In this document: in pieces, positions 47,227-57,963 of the stretch
Layout: the number at the start of each line of letters is the position of its first letter
Numbering within the stretch: the first letter of the stretch is position 1
Origin: Peptostreptococcales bacterium
Lineage (GTDB): Bacteria > Bacillota > Clostridia > Peptostreptococcales > Acidaminobacteraceae
DNA: 64,000 nt
Direction: 5' to 3'
NCBI GenBank assembly: GCA_038246775.1
Contig: JBBRVO010000001.1
Span: 44,728 to 108,727, forward strand
The notes under the pieces: generated by a model
Database searches by the model: none
The model's input: only the letters and a program-made list of their open reading frames with translations
Told to the model about the DNA's origin: nothing
Position numbers and translations under genes: made by a program

Positions 47227-48372
47227 ATGATAAGTAAGAAAAACAGAATGCGTCCCCTATTGGCTTTGGTTATGGCCATTTCATTAGTCATCACTAGCGT
47301 AACGTTTGCAAATGACGAAATCAAAAAAAGAGAGCGTGAACTGGAAGAACTAAATAGTAAGATAGAAGCGCTAGACGCCTCCATAGATAAAAATAAAAAC
47401 CTTCAATCTGAAACCAATATAAAAATTAAGACCGTTCAGTCGAATATTCGAAGTTTAGAATCGGAAATTGAGGCGCTAAGTACGAATATTGCCGACACCG
47501 AGAAGGCAATCGTCGTTAAAACGGCCGAACTTGAAGCAGCAGAGATTAAAATACTCGAAAAAAACGAGCTTCTCAACGACCGGTTACGCGTCATGTATAA
47601 AACGGGAACGATTGGCTATGTTGAAGTGCTCTTCGGTGCAGAGAACTTCACAGATTTACTATCCAGAATTGATATGCTACAGATGATCGTTGTACATGAT
47701 CAAAATTTGATTCAGTTTTTAAAAGAACAACGCGATATCATCGAACAGAAAAAAGCGGAGCTTGAAACGATCAAACAGGAACTGGTTGCACTATCAAACA
47801 GCAAGCTCGCGAAACAGGACGAACTAAGCGTGGCACTAAATAACTTGATTGATTATAAAGCGGATCTTAGCAAAGATGAAGCTGCAATGAGTGAGATGGA
47901 AGATCAATTGCTTGTTGAGGCTGACCAATTAACGGATATTATCAAAAATCTTGAATCTGCCGCTGCCTATATCGGCGGTGAAATGATGTGGCCGGTCCCA
48001 GGGCATTATAGCATCAGTTCATTGTTTGGAAACAGGATTCATCCAATTTCTAAAGAGTATAAAATGCATACGGGCATAGATATTCAGTCGCCTCGGAAAA
48101 CAAATTTTGTAGCCGCTCAAACAGGTACGGTTATATTTGCAAATTGGTTTGCTGGATATGGCAAGGCGATTATAATCGATCACGGAGGCAGTTATACAAC
48201 ACTTTATGCACATTTGGATGTTATTGGCGTCCAAGTGGGTCAAGTCGTTAAAAAAGGTCAAACAATCGGACAAACTGGAAACACAGGATATTCAACAGGA
48301 CCTCATTTGCACTTCGAAGTTAGAATGAATGGCGATTATGTTGATCCGTTAACTTATGTAAAAGGAAATTGA
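47227..48372 (+). CDS. Coiled-coil plus M23 peptidase (EnvC/CwlO-like FtsEX-activated murein hydrolase)
   Basis: Signal peptide, long coiled coil, and M23 motifs HTGID, YAHL and GPHLHFE. Start placed after GGAGG; the ORF track starts at 47206. Confidence 0.9.
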   Translation: MISKKNRMRPLLALVMAISLVITSVTFANDEIKKRERELEELNSKIEALDASIDKNKNLQSETNIKIKTVQSNIRSLESEIEALSTNIADTEKAIVVKTAELEAAEIKILEKNELLNDRLRVMYKTGTIGYVEVLFGAENFTDLLSRIDMLQMIVVHDQNLIQFLKEQRDIIEQKKAELETIKQELVALSNSKLAKQDELSVALNNLIDYKADLSKDEAAMSEMEDQLLVEADQLTDIIKNLESAAAYIGGEMMWPVPGHYSISSLFGNRIHPISKEYKMHTGIDIQSPRKTNFVAAQTGTVIFANWFAGYGKAIIIDHGGSYTTLYAHLDVIGVQVGQVVKKGQTIGQTGNTGYSTGPHLHFEVRMNGDYVDPLTYVKGN

Positions 48373-48382
48373 GGTGTCTAAA

Positions 48383-49597
48383 ATGAGAAAATTAAATGTA
48401 TTAGTATTGAGTTTGTTTTTGATTGTCATAACGGCTCTAGGAACTTTCTTTGCCACAACCATTCTTCAGGTGGATACTGGTGACAAAGTGGTTATCAGCC
48501 AAGCGACCATTGATGCGTATCAAGTAACCATCGACAAATACCGTGAAATCGAAGAACTCCAAGCCTATATAGAAAAAAATTATTATAAAGATATTACGGA
48601 AGAAAAACTGATAGAAGGTATGAAAAAGGGACTTTTTGATGTCTTGCAGGATCCCTATTCAGTATTTATGAATGCAGATGAATTTGTAAATTATATGGAA
48701 TCGTCATCTGGCGAGTATCCTGGAATTGGTATATATTTAGCGCCAAATGAAGCCAATGAAATCGAAATCGTTTCACCTATTGAAGATACGCCCGCAGATC
48801 GTGCAGGTTTAATCGCCAAGGATCTAATTGTCGGCGTCAATGGGAAAACAGTCAATGCTGACTTAATGGACGAAGCCATTGCTACGATCAAAGGCAATCC
48901 GGGAACACCTGTGACACTCTCTATTTATAGACCATCCAAAAAAGAAAAATTCGATGTTGATATCGTCAGAGAATGGATTGACATTAAAGTTGTCAAATCG
49001 GAGATGCTCGATGACAAAATGGGTTATCTGAGACTTTCGATGTTCGATGAAAAATCAGCTTCAGAGTTTGAAAAACACATGAATACACTTATTGCAGAGG
49101 GTGCAAAAGGTGTCATCATCGACCTAAGACAAAACCCAGGCGGTTATTTGGATCAATGTGTTGAAATTGCAGATAAGCTTTTGGACAAGGGGATGATTGT
49201 CTATACCAAAAGTAGAAATGGTGAGGATGAAGAATTTCTTTCAGATGCACAGAAGTACGATGTACAATTAGTCGTTCTCGTAGATGGTGGCTCTGCAAGT
49301 GCATCAGAAATATTGACGGGTGCGCTAAAAGATCGAAAAAGCGCCACAATCGTTGGAACGCAAACATTCGGAAAAGGCATTGTTCAAATCGTGAAACCGT
49401 ATAGTGAAAATACGGGGTTTAAATTGACGACCTCAGAGTATTTTACACCTAATGGCGAGAACATTCACGGCATTGGCATCGCGCCAGATGTGATTGTCGA
49501 GTTGGATGAAGCATATAGCAAATTGGAAAATCCGACAAAAGCAGATGATAATCAACTCCAAAAGGCAATCGAAATCTTGAACGACAAACTCAAATAA
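48383..49597 (+). CDS. S41-family C-terminal processing protease (PDZ)
   Basis: GIGI PDZ motif, DLRQNPGG, SASASEI and TFGKG.VQ. Confidence 0.93.
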   Translation: MRKLNVLVLSLFLIVITALGTFFATTILQVDTGDKVVISQATIDAYQVTIDKYREIEELQAYIEKNYYKDITEEKLIEGMKKGLFDVLQDPYSVFMNADEFVNYMESSSGEYPGIGIYLAPNEANEIEIVSPIEDTPADRAGLIAKDLIVGVNGKTVNADLMDEAIATIKGNPGTPVTLSIYRPSKKEKFDVDIVREWIDIKVVKSEMLDDKMGYLRLSMFDEKSASEFEKHMNTLIAEGAKGVIIDLRQNPGGYLDQCVEIADKLLDKGMIVYTKSRNGEDEEFLSDAQKYDVQLVVLVDGGSASASEILTGALKDRKSATIVGTQTFGKGIVQIVKPYSENTGFKLTTSEYFTPNGENIHGIGIAPDVIVELDEAYSKLENPTKADDNQLQKAIEILNDKLK

Positions 49598-49615
49598 GGT
49601 TCTAGGCGGTGCAAT

Positions 49616-49822
49616 ATGGACAAATCATTTTATAAAAAAGAGGTCATATCGCTTCAAGGTTTGTTTGAAAAATTTAGTGCGATTCAGTTTGACTTGGACC
49701 TGAATAAGTCCGGTGTTAAAGATAAATCGACGCATTCAATGGGGGGCTTATTTGTTGCCATGATCATTGGGGTATTGGTTTTAGGCATGGTAGGATTTCT
49801 TACGATGTGGCTTATTAATTAA
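49616..49822 (+). CDS. Small hypothetical protein with a single C-terminal TM helix
   Basis: 68-aa ORF, plausible RBS (AGGCGGTG), hydrophobic tail GGLFVAMIIGVLVLGMVGFLTMWLI, and a terminator downstream. Confidence 0.55.
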   Translation: MDKSFYKKEVISLQGLFEKFSAIQFDLDLNKSGVKDKSTHSMGGLFVAMIIGVLVLGMVGFLTMWLIN

Positions 49823-49853
49823 TTAATTAATTGAATAGAATTTTGTTTCAAGT

Positions 49854-49898
49854 AAAGCAGATTGCTGTTTGTCATTTATGACATTGCATCTGCTTTTT
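49854..49898 (+). terminator. Intrinsic terminator
   Basis: aaagcagat...atctgcttt stem plus a T run. Confidence 0.65.
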
Positions 49899-49916
49899 GA
49901 TTTTTTCAACTAATAT

Positions 49917-49945
49917 TTGACGCAACAATTCAAAAGCTATATAAT
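49917..49945 (+). promoter_or_regulatory. Sigma-A-type promoter of uvrBAC
   Basis: TTGACG-17 bp-TATAAT. Confidence 0.8.
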
Positions 49946-49951
49946 AAAATA

Positions 49952-49965
49952 CGAACAAACGTTTG
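49952..49965. promoter_or_regulatory. LexA (SOS/Cheo) box
   Basis: CGAACAAACGTTTG fits the Firmicute GAAC-N4-GTTY consensus, between the -10 box and the RBS of uvrB. Confidence 0.8.
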
Positions 49966-49974
49966 GAGGGTGTC

Positions 49975-51957
49975 ATGGATAAATTTGTCGTAAAATCTGA
50001 TTATAAACCTACTGGAGATCAACCGATGGCCATTGACGCTATCGTAAGCAGCTTAGAAAATGGTCAAAAACACAATATATTACTTGGTGTTACCGGTTCA
50101 GGAAAGACGTTTACGGTTGCTAACGTTATAGAACGCGTTCAACGCCCTACTTTGGTTATTGCACATAATAAAACGCTCGCCGCACAATTGGCTTCCGAGT
50201 TTAAAGAATTTTTCCCAGACAACGCCGTAGAGTTTTTTGTTTCATATTATGATTATTATCAACCGGAAGCCTATGTGTCATTTTCGGATACCTATATTGA
50301 AAAAGATGCTTCTATTAATGAAGAAATTGATAAACTGAGGCACTCTGCAACTTCAGCATTGTTTGAACGCAGTGACGTCATTATTGTTGCCTCCGTTTCG
50401 TGTATCTATGGATTAGGTAACCCAATCGATTATTCTAGTATGACGCTTTCTATCAGACCCGGCATCACCAAATCCCGCGATGAGATACTAAAGAGATTAA
50501 TTGACATACAATATATGCGCAATGACATGAATTTCACCCGAAATACATTTAGAGTGAGAGGCGACATCATAGAAGTCATGCCAGCTTATGAGTTTGAACG
50601 CGCTTATAGGATTGAACTATTTGGGGATGAAATAGAACGGATTGGTGAAATCAATGCGCTTACGGGTGAAATATTAGGGTATAGAAACCATCTAACCATC
50701 TATCCAGCCTCACATTATGTCACGCCCAAAGACAAGCTAGAAGCGGCTATTGTTAAAATCGAAGACGAGCTTGAAGCGCGCATCAAGTACTTTAAAGACA
50801 ACAATAAATTGATCGAAGCCCAACGCATTGAACAACGCACGCGATACGATATAGAAATGTTGAGAGAAGTGGGCTTCTGTCAGGGGATTGAGAATTATTC
50901 AAGCATCTTATCCGGTCGTCCAATTGGGAGTCGGCCTTATACATTAATTGATTATTTTCCAGATGATTTTTTGCTAGTCATTGACGAATCACATGCCAGC
51001 ATCCCCCAGATAAGAGCGATGTTTGGAGGCGACAGGACGCGTAAACAATCCCTCGTTGACTATGGCTTCAGATTGCCTTCTGCTATGGATAACAGGCCAC
51101 TGAACTTTGAAGAGTTTGAGGCATTGGTGCCGCAGGCTATCTATGTGAGCGCGACACCGGGTCCTTATGAAACGGGCAAATGTGATAATGCCATCGAACA
51201 AATTATTAGACCAACTGGGCTGATTGATCCTGAGATCGAAGTCAGACCGATAAAAGGTCAAATTGACGATTTGTTCAGTGAAATTAACAAACGTATTGAA
51301 ATAAAAGAGAGAGTACTCGTCACGACCTTGACAAAAAAAATGGCAGAAGATTTGACGGACTATTTTAAAAAGCTCGATTTAAAAGTGCGCTATATGCACT
51401 CAGACATCAAGACCATGGAGCGTATGGAAATCATTCGCGATTTTAGAAAAGGTGTCTTTGATGTCCTAGTAGGTATCAACTTATTGCGAGAAGGACTGGA
51501 TTTACCTGAGGTATCTTTGGTAGCAATTCTCGATGCAGACAAAGAAGGTTTCTTAAGGTCATCGACGGCTCTTGTTCAAACAATTGGCCGTGCAGCTAGA
51601 AATATTAACGGCAAGGTCATTATGTACGCGGATAAAATTACGGATTCCATGAGATACGCAATTGAAGAGACCAACAGACGACGTGGCATTCAGAGAACAT
51701 ATAATGAAGTAAATAACATTACACCAAAGGGCATTATCAAAGGCATTCATGAGATGATTGAAGCGACCACAGCAGCGGACAGTCTCGACACTTACCAGGT
51801 GGATAAAATCAAAGCAATGAACAAAAGAGAACTCGCCGAGTACATCGTTCAGCTGGAAGAAGAGATGTATGCTGCATCGCGCACGCTTCAGTTTGAGCGC
51901 GCTGCAGAACTGCGCGATATGATCGTTGAACTTAAGACACTTAAAGTTAAATCATAA
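49975..51957 (+). CDS. uvrB: Excinuclease ABC subunit B
   Basis: [29 protein letters not shown] and FERAAELRD. Confidence 0.98.
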   Translation: MDKFVVKSDYKPTGDQPMAIDAIVSSLENGQKHNILLGVTGSGKTFTVANVIERVQRPTLVIAHNKTLAAQLASEFKEFFPDNAVEFFVSYYDYYQPEAYVSFSDTYIEKDASINEEIDKLRHSATSALFERSDVIIVASVSCIYGLGNPIDYSSMTLSIRPGITKSRDEILKRLIDIQYMRNDMNFTRNTFRVRGDIIEVMPAYEFERAYRIELFGDEIERIGEINALTGEILGYRNHLTIYPASHYVTPKDKLEAAIVKIEDELEARIKYFKDNNKLIEAQRIEQRTRYDIEMLREVGFCQGIENYSSILSGRPIGSRPYTLIDYFPDDFLLVIDESHASIPQIRAMFGGDRTRKQSLVDYGFRLPSAMDNRPLNFEEFEALVPQAIYVSATPGPYETGKCDNAIEQIIRPTGLIDPEIEVRPIKGQIDDLFSEINKRIEIKERVLVTTLTKKMAEDLTDYFKKLDLKVRYMHSDIKTMERMEIIRDFRKGVFDVLVGINLLREGLDLPEVSLVAILDADKEGFLRSSTALVQTIGRAARNINGKVIMYADKITDSMRYAIEETNRRRGIQRTYNEVNNITPKGIIKGIHEMIEATTAADSLDTYQVDKIKAMNKRELAEYIVQLEEEMYAASRTLQFERAAELRDMIVELKTLKVKS

Positions 51958-51979
51958 ACTATGAATAAGAGGCAAGCAA

Positions 51980-54874
51980 ATGAGTAAAAATTCGATATTT
52001 GTAAAAGGTGCTAAAGAACACAATCTGAAAAATATAGACGTAACCATTCCAAGAGATAAACTGGTGGTCATCACTGGATTAAGTGGTTCAGGAAAATCGT
52101 CTTTGGCTTTTGATACAATCTATGCGGAAGGACAGCGCCGTTATGTAGAGAGTTTATCGTCTTATGCCAGACAGTTTTTGGGGCAAATGGAAAAGCCAGA
52201 TGTTGAATATATTGAAGGGCTATCTCCGGCAATTTCCATCGATCAGAAGACGACGAGCAGAAACCCGCGTTCCACTGTGGGCACAGTCACAGAAATTTAC
52301 GATTATCTTAGACTGCTATATGCACGTATCGGAATTCCGCATTGTCCAGTCTGTGGCATTGAGATTCTCCCACAATCCATTGATCAAATCGTCGATAGAG
52401 TGATGGGGCTTGAAACGGGCATGCGCATTCAAATCCTTGCACCTATGGTCATCGGAAAAAAAGGCCAACATCAAAAAATTCTTGAAGCGTTGAAAAAAGA
52501 AGGGTATGTTAGGGCGCGAATCAACGGTGAAACGATGGACCTCGCCGAGGAGATCAATTTAGATAAAAACAAAAAAAACACGATTGAAGTCGTGATTGAT
52601 CGATTGGTCATAAAAGATACGATACAACAACGTTTGACGGATTCTGTTGAAATGGCGCTACGTCTATCAGAGGGTATTGTAATTGTCAATTTGATAGACA
52701 AAGAGGATTTGACGTTTAACACGAAATTCGCCTGTGCAGAACACGGACTTGGCATTTCTGAGATGGAACCGAGGATGTTCTCGTTCAATGCACCCTATGG
52801 TGCATGCCCTGATTGTAATGGCCTTGGATTTACAAAAAAAGTCGACCCTGAGCTTTTAGTACCGGATATGAAGTTGTCCATCAACGATGGTGCCCTATTG
52901 CCAATTGCCAATAGTGCAGAAGGTTCCTTTTATGTCAATATGGTCAACGCATTGATAGAAGAATATGGTGGAACGGCGGATACGCCATTCAAAGATCTGC
53001 CCGATAAAGCCAAACACGAAATATTTTTTGGGACGGGTGACCGAAAAATCAAATTTAAATACGACAGCAAATACGTGGGGTATTCTGAGTTTAACAGACC
53101 CTTTGAGGGACTCGTTAACAATTATGAACGCAGATATGCCGCAACAAATTCAGAGTACATCCGTTCAAAAATAGACGAATTTATGAGTATGATCGAGTGT
53201 GTCACTTGTCACGGGAAAAGGCTCAAAGATGACGTGTTAGCTGTGACGGTGGGCGATAAAAACATATGGGAAGTAACGGGAATGTCCGTTAAAGATTCCA
53301 TAAAGTACTTTGAAAATCTCAAACTCGAAAAAACCAGTTCGCAAATTGCTGAGCAAATACTCAAAGAAATCAATGCGAGACTTAATTTTCTTAAAAATGT
53401 CGGTTTGGAGTATTTGTCGTTATCACGTGCAGCTGGCACACTATCTGGGGGAGAGTCACAACGTATTCGCCTTGCGACACAGATTGGATCTGGCCTCGTT
53501 GGCGTACTATATATCCTCGATGAACCGAGTATCGGCCTTCACCAAAAGGATAATCAAAAATTGCTCAAGACCTTGAGGGAATTAACGGATTTGGGAAACA
53601 CCCTTCTTGTCGTCGAACACGATGATGATACGATTAGACATGCAGATTATATCCTAGATTTAGGACCAGGTGCGGGCGAGCACGGTGGCTATATTATCGC
53701 AGAGGGGACCATCGACGATATTTTGGCCAACGAAAATTCCATCACTGGGCAGTATCTATCTGGTAGAAAAAAAGTAGAAGTCCCAGAAGTAAGGAGGCAA
53801 TCCAATGGAAAGGCCATTAAGATCATCAATGGCTATGAAAACAATCTAAAAAATGTAGACGTAGAAATTCCTTTAGGGGTTTTATGTGCAGTTACCGGTG
53901 TATCCGGTTCAGGCAAAAGCACACTCATTAACGAGATCCTCTATAAGGCTTGTACGATTAAAATCAATAAAAGCCGCATCAAATCGGGCAAGCATGACGA
54001 TATTTTAGGCCTTGAATATATAGATAAAATCATCGAGATCGACCAAACGCCAATTGGGCGTACACCAAGATCGAATCCTGCGACTTATACGGGGGTCTTT
54101 GATCAAATTAGAGATATTTATGCACAGGTTCCAGAAGCTAAGATGCGCGGGTACCAAAAGGGCCGTTTTAGCTTTAATGTAAGCGGTGGTCGATGTGAAC
54201 ACTGTAAAGGCGATGGCATTATTAAAATTGAAATGCACTTTTTACCAGATGTCTATGTACAATGTGATGTATGCAAAGGCAAACGATACAATCGCGAAAC
54301 ACTTGAAGTCAAATACAAAGGTAAAAATATTGCAGATGTACTTAATATGACCGTAGAGGAGGGGGTAGACTTCTTTACAAATATCCCTAGAATCAAACGC
54401 AAACTGAAGACGTTACATGAAGTAGGTCTCGATTATATTCGATTGGGTCAACCTTCTACACAATTATCAGGTGGAGAGGCACAGCGCATCAAGCTAGCCA
54501 CGGAACTCAGTAAAATAGGGACAGGCAATACGCTTTACATTCTCGATGAACCGACGACGGGGCTTCATACTGCCGATGTACACAATTTGATTCACGTGAT
54601 TCAAAAGTTGGTGGATGCTGGCAACACAGCTGTGGTCATCGAACACAACCTCGATGTCATCAAATCAGCAGACTATATCATCGATCTCGGTCCAGATGGT
54701 GGCGACAATGGCGGTCAGGTTATTGCGACGGGCACACCGGAGCAAGTCGCCCAAGTACCGGGTTCATATACGGGTGAATTTTTGGCGAAAATTTTAAAGC
54801 GAGATGAAAACCTAAAAGTAGCCTCAATTTCGGAAATGGCACCAATAAAGAAAAGAAAGAAAAAAGAAGTATAG
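51980..54874 (+). CDS. uvrA: Excinuclease ABC subunit A
   Basis: Two ABC cassettes ([21 protein letters not shown] twice) and Zn-finger CxxC motifs. Confidence 0.98.
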   Translation: MSKNSIFVKGAKEHNLKNIDVTIPRDKLVVITGLSGSGKSSLAFDTIYAEGQRRYVESLSSYARQFLGQMEKPDVEYIEGLSPAISIDQKTTSRNPRSTVGTVTEIYDYLRLLYARIGIPHCPVCGIEILPQSIDQIVDRVMGLETGMRIQILAPMVIGKKGQHQKILEALKKEGYVRARINGETMDLAEEINLDKNKKNTIEVVIDRLVIKDTIQQRLTDSVEMALRLSEGIVIVNLIDKEDLTFNTKFACAEHGLGISEMEPRMFSFNAPYGACPDCNGLGFTKKVDPELLVPDMKLSINDGALLPIANSAEGSFYVNMVNALIEEYGGTADTPFKDLPDKAKHEIFFGTGDRKIKFKYDSKYVGYSEFNRPFEGLVNNYERRYAATNSEYIRSKIDEFMSMIECVTCHGKRLKDDVLAVTVGDKNIWEVTGMSVKDSIKYFENLKLEKTSSQIAEQILKEINARLNFLKNVGLEYLSLSRAAGTLSGGESQRIRLATQIGSGLVGVLYILDEPSIGLHQKDNQKLLKTLRELTDLGNTLLVVEHDDDTIRHADYILDLGPGAGEHGGYIIAEGTIDDILANENSITGQYLSGRKKVEVPEVRRQSNGKAIKIINGYENNLKNVDVEIPLGVLCAVTGVSGSGKSTLINEILYKACTIKINKSRIKSGKHDDILGLEYIDKIIEIDQTPIGRTPRSNPATYTGVFDQIRDIYAQVPEAKMRGYQKGRFSFNVSGGRCEHCKGDGIIKIEMHFLPDVYVQCDVCKGKRYNRETLEVKYKGKNIADVLNMTVEEGVDFFTNIPRIKRKLKTLHEVGLDYIRLGQPSTQLSGGEAQRIKLATELSKIGTGNTLYILDEPTTGLHTADVHNLIHVIQKLVDAGNTAVVIEHNLDVIKSADYIIDLGPDGGDNGGQVIATGTPEQVAQVPGSYTGEFLAKILKRDENLKVASISEMAPIKKRKKKEV

Positions 54875-54916
54875 AATAATAGAATAATAAATTGAAGCTA
54901 TATAGGATTATAAAAT

Positions 54917-56821
54917 ATGAGTGAACAAAATTTTCAAGTGAATGAACAGATCAAAGAGCAGCTGAAGACATTGCCTCAGCTGCCTGGGATCTATATCATG
55001 AAAGATAGTCATGGGGAGATCATCTATGTCGGCAAGGCGAAAAACTTGAAGAATAGAATGAGCTCTTATTTTCGTGGTTTTAACGCACACCAACCTAAAA
55101 CCCAAACCATGGTCATAAATATTCACGAATTCGAATATATTATGACGGATAGTGAAATGGAAGCGTTAATACTAGAAGCTAACTTAATCAAGAGGTATTT
55201 ACCTAGATTTAATATCTTGCTCAAAGACGATAAAATGTATCCCTATGTGGTTATCTCTATCGGGGAAAATTTTCCTAGAGTTTTCATGACGAGGCAAATA
55301 CCGAAAGGCAATTTCAAAGTGTTTGGACCTTTCACAAGTACGGAACAAGTACGCATTACACTCGAAGTCATTCAAACGTTGTTTCCGATTAGAGAATGTA
55401 GCAAGAAAATCACTGACAAAGTCGACAGACCTTGCTTAAATTATCATATTGGCAGGTGTGCAGGGGCTTGCAATCACATGATTACTCAAGAAGCTTATAA
55501 CGTCTATATCCAACAGATCATTCGTTTTCTTAGTGGCGATAAAGAATGGCTCATCAAAGAACTCGGTGAGAAGATGCTCAGCAGTGCCGAAAATATGGCA
55601 TTTGAAGACGCAGCTGCCTTTAGAGATAAAATTGCGGCGTTAAGAGCACTGAGTGAAAAGCAAAAAGCGATACAGATCAACGGAAAAAATCAGGACTATA
55701 TCGCCGCTTACCGTTTTGAGGAAAGAGGGTGTGTCATGCTCTTTCAAGTCCGAAATGGTAAGATTGAAGGGCGTGAATCCTACAACCTAATCAACGTAGA
55801 AGCCACGTCAGAGGCAGAACTATTGTCTTCCTTTATTCAGCAATACTATTCAGGATCAGACCAAGTACCTGGAGAAATTTATGTCTCTCATGAAATTGAA
55901 AACATGACACTCTATGGCGATTGGTTGAGTAAACTCTCAGGTTATAGAGTAGGCGTTAGCTTACCACTACGCGGTGAGAAGAAAAAAACCATTGATCTCG
56001 TTCTTCGAAACGCAAAAGAATACATTATGAAATTTCAGGACCGCATAGATAAGGAAATCGAGTTTAAAGCACGGGCGGAAGCAGAACTTAAATTACTTCT
56101 TGGATTTCCAGAAAACCTCAGAATCAATCGCATTGAAGCCTTTGATATTTCCAACATATCTGGTGTCTATTCTGTAGGGAGTATGGTTGTATTTGAAGGG
56201 GCAAAAAAGAAACGCAGCGATTATAGACGTTACCGTGTACGTACTATTGAAGGGGCAAACGATTACGGATCTATGCAGGAAGTCGTCTATAGACGCTATA
56301 AAAGAGGCCTTGAAGAACAACAAATTGCTGAAGAAACTGGGTTTGTCGATCCAAAATTTAATGCATTACCCGATTTAATTCTCATCGACGGCGGTAAAGG
56401 CCATGTCAATGCCGTTCTAGAAATTCTAAGTGCTTTAAAAATCTACATTCCCATCGCTGGTATGGTGAAGGATGACTTTCATAAAACGGATGACTTATTC
56501 TTTGATGGCGAAAGACGGGGACTTAAAAACACAAGCAGTGCTTTTAAATTGGTCTATGAAATCCAAGAAGAAGTACACCGTTTTGCAATCGAGTATCATA
56601 AGTCTTTAAGATCTAAAGAAATGACACACTCAATTCTTGACGAAATTGATGGTATTGGTGAAAAACGGCGCATTGAATTGCTTAAGCATTTTAAGACAAT
56701 TGATGCAATAAAAGATGCCACTGTTGAAGACCTTGCATCCGTTAAGGGGCTCAATAAAAAAGTAGCTACCTCCATTTTTAACGCATTTCATGCGGTGACA
56801 GAAGTGGAAACAGAACGCTAA
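54917..56821 (+). CDS. uvrC: Excinuclease ABC subunit C
   Basis: GIY-YIG (PGIYIM..IIYVGKAKNL), RIEAFDIS, LILIDGGKG and an HhH tail. Confidence 0.97.
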   Translation: MSEQNFQVNEQIKEQLKTLPQLPGIYIMKDSHGEIIYVGKAKNLKNRMSSYFRGFNAHQPKTQTMVINIHEFEYIMTDSEMEALILEANLIKRYLPRFNILLKDDKMYPYVVISIGENFPRVFMTRQIPKGNFKVFGPFTSTEQVRITLEVIQTLFPIRECSKKITDKVDRPCLNYHIGRCAGACNHMITQEAYNVYIQQIIRFLSGDKEWLIKELGEKMLSSAENMAFEDAAAFRDKIAALRALSEKQKAIQINGKNQDYIAAYRFEERGCVMLFQVRNGKIEGRESYNLINVEATSEAELLSSFIQQYYSGSDQVPGEIYVSHEIENMTLYGDWLSKLSGYRVGVSLPLRGEKKKTIDLVLRNAKEYIMKFQDRIDKEIEFKARAEAELKLLLGFPENLRINRIEAFDISNISGVYSVGSMVVFEGAKKKRSDYRRYRVRTIEGANDYGSMQEVVYRRYKRGLEEQQIAEETGFVDPKFNALPDLILIDGGKGHVNAVLEILSALKIYIPIAGMVKDDFHKTDDLFFDGERRGLKNTSSAFKLVYEIQEEVHRFAIEYHKSLRSKEMTHSILDEIDGIGEKRRIELLKHFKTIDAIKDATVEDLASVKGLNKKVATSIFNAFHAVTEVETER

Positions 56822-56837
56822 ATTGGAATAAAATGGG

Positions 56838-56870
56838 CAGACTTAATTATATTAAGTCTGTTTTATTTTT
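56838..56870 (+). terminator. Intrinsic terminator after uvrC
   Basis: cagacttaat / attaagtctg stem plus a T-rich tail. Confidence 0.75.
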
Positions 56871-56958
56871 AACGAAGTAATTACGAAAAAAAATCATAAA
56901 ATACAAAATTTTTGATGTGTACTTTGTAAATGATATGTGTTATAATTCTTTTTGATAT

Positions 56959-56976
56959 GGGTTAAGAAATTCACAA
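56959..56976. promoter_or_regulatory. Candidate Rex operator upstream of the hydrogenase operon
   Basis: GGGTTAA-gaaa-TTCACAA, just downstream of an extended -10 (TG-t-TATAAT, 56938-56946). Confidence 0.55.
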
Positions 56977-57069
56977 ACTACTCTAAACCTAGTAACCTGC
57001 TAGGAATTAGACGTTTTGGTCAGCACTATTCGCTGGACAATCTAGCAATCTATAAGGAGGAACTTTTTA

Positions 57070-57555
57070 ATGGTAAAGAACTTTTTAACTGAAGAAAATT
57101 TTGAAAAGCTTAACAATGTAATCGAAGCGCATAAAGACATGCAAGGTCCGTTAATGCCAATTTTACATGGGGCTCAACATATTTTCGGAGCGATTCCAAT
57201 TGAAGTACAAAAGGTTATTTCTGAAAAGTTACACGTTCCATTAGCTGAAATCTATGGTGTGGTAACTTTCTACTCTCAATTTACTCTTGAGCCAAAAGGT
57301 GAGTTTTTGATTAGTGTTTGTTTGGGTACAGCTTGCTACGTAAGAGGGGCTCAACAATTAATCGATAAAGTCACTGAGTTGACTAATGTTTCAGTAGGAA
57401 CGACTTCTCCAGATGGAAAGTTCTCATTAGAAGCGACGCGTTGTATCGGTGCATGTGGTTTGGCACCCGTTTTAACTGTCAATGAAGATGTATATGGTCG
57501 TTTGACTTTAAATGACATACCGGGCATCATCCAAAAATATAAAAGCGCTAATTAA
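57070..57555 (+). CDS. hndA: NuoE-like [2Fe-2S] subunit of a multimeric [FeFe]-hydrogenase (HndA/HydC)
   Basis: GVVTFYSQF, VCLGTACYVRG and RCIGACGLAP. Confidence 0.92.
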   Translation: MVKNFLTEENFEKLNNVIEAHKDMQGPLMPILHGAQHIFGAIPIEVQKVISEKLHVPLAEIYGVVTFYSQFTLEPKGEFLISVCLGTACYVRGAQQLIDKVTELTNVSVGTTSPDGKFSLEATRCIGACGLAPVLTVNEDVYGRLTLNDIPGIIQKYKSAN

Positions 57556-57565
57556 GGAGGCAAAA

Positions 57566-57931
57566 ATGAAAACTTTAGCTGAACTTACACAATTACGTGA
57601 CGAGGCATTAAAAAAAGTCGATTTAAGAAAAGATAGAAAAGGCACAAGAATCGTGGTGGGTATGGCTACTTGCGGTATTGCTGCTGGCGCTAGACCTGTT
57701 TTGGCGGCTTTGATGGATGAAGTTCAAAAGAGAGGTTTGAAAGACGTAGAGATTACTCAAACAGGTTGCATCGGTGTCTGTAGACTTGAGCCATTGGTTG
57801 AAGTATATAAAGAAGGCGAAGACAAAGTCACTTACGTAGAATTAACAGAAGAAAAAGCGCGCAGAATCATTGCGGAGCATATCGTTAACGGAAACGTAGT
57901 CATGCAGTTCACAATTGGCGCTGCTGAGTAA
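57566..57931 (+). CDS. hndB: Thioredoxin-like [2Fe-2S] ferredoxin subunit (HndB/HydD)
   Basis: VVGMATCGIAAGA and TGCIGVC..EP. Start at 57566 after AAGGAGG; the ORF track starts at 57512. Confidence 0.9.
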   Translation: MKTLAELTQLRDEALKKVDLRKDRKGTRIVVGMATCGIAAGARPVLAALMDEVQKRGLKDVEITQTGCIGVCRLEPLVEVYKEGEDKVTYVELTEEKARRIIAEHIVNGNVVMQFTIGAAE

Positions 57932-57963
57932 GTGTTAATCATACCAATTTAGGAGGTAAGTCA

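Noticed and set aside
49815-49832. ttaattaattaattaa palindromic run
   Set aside because: Low-complexity AT sequence at a stop codon with no functional context.
56984-57045. Two short hairpins in the hydrogenase operon 5' UTR as a riboswitch
   Set aside because: The stems are only 5-6 bp, with no terminator or antiterminator logic and no resemblance to a known aptamer.
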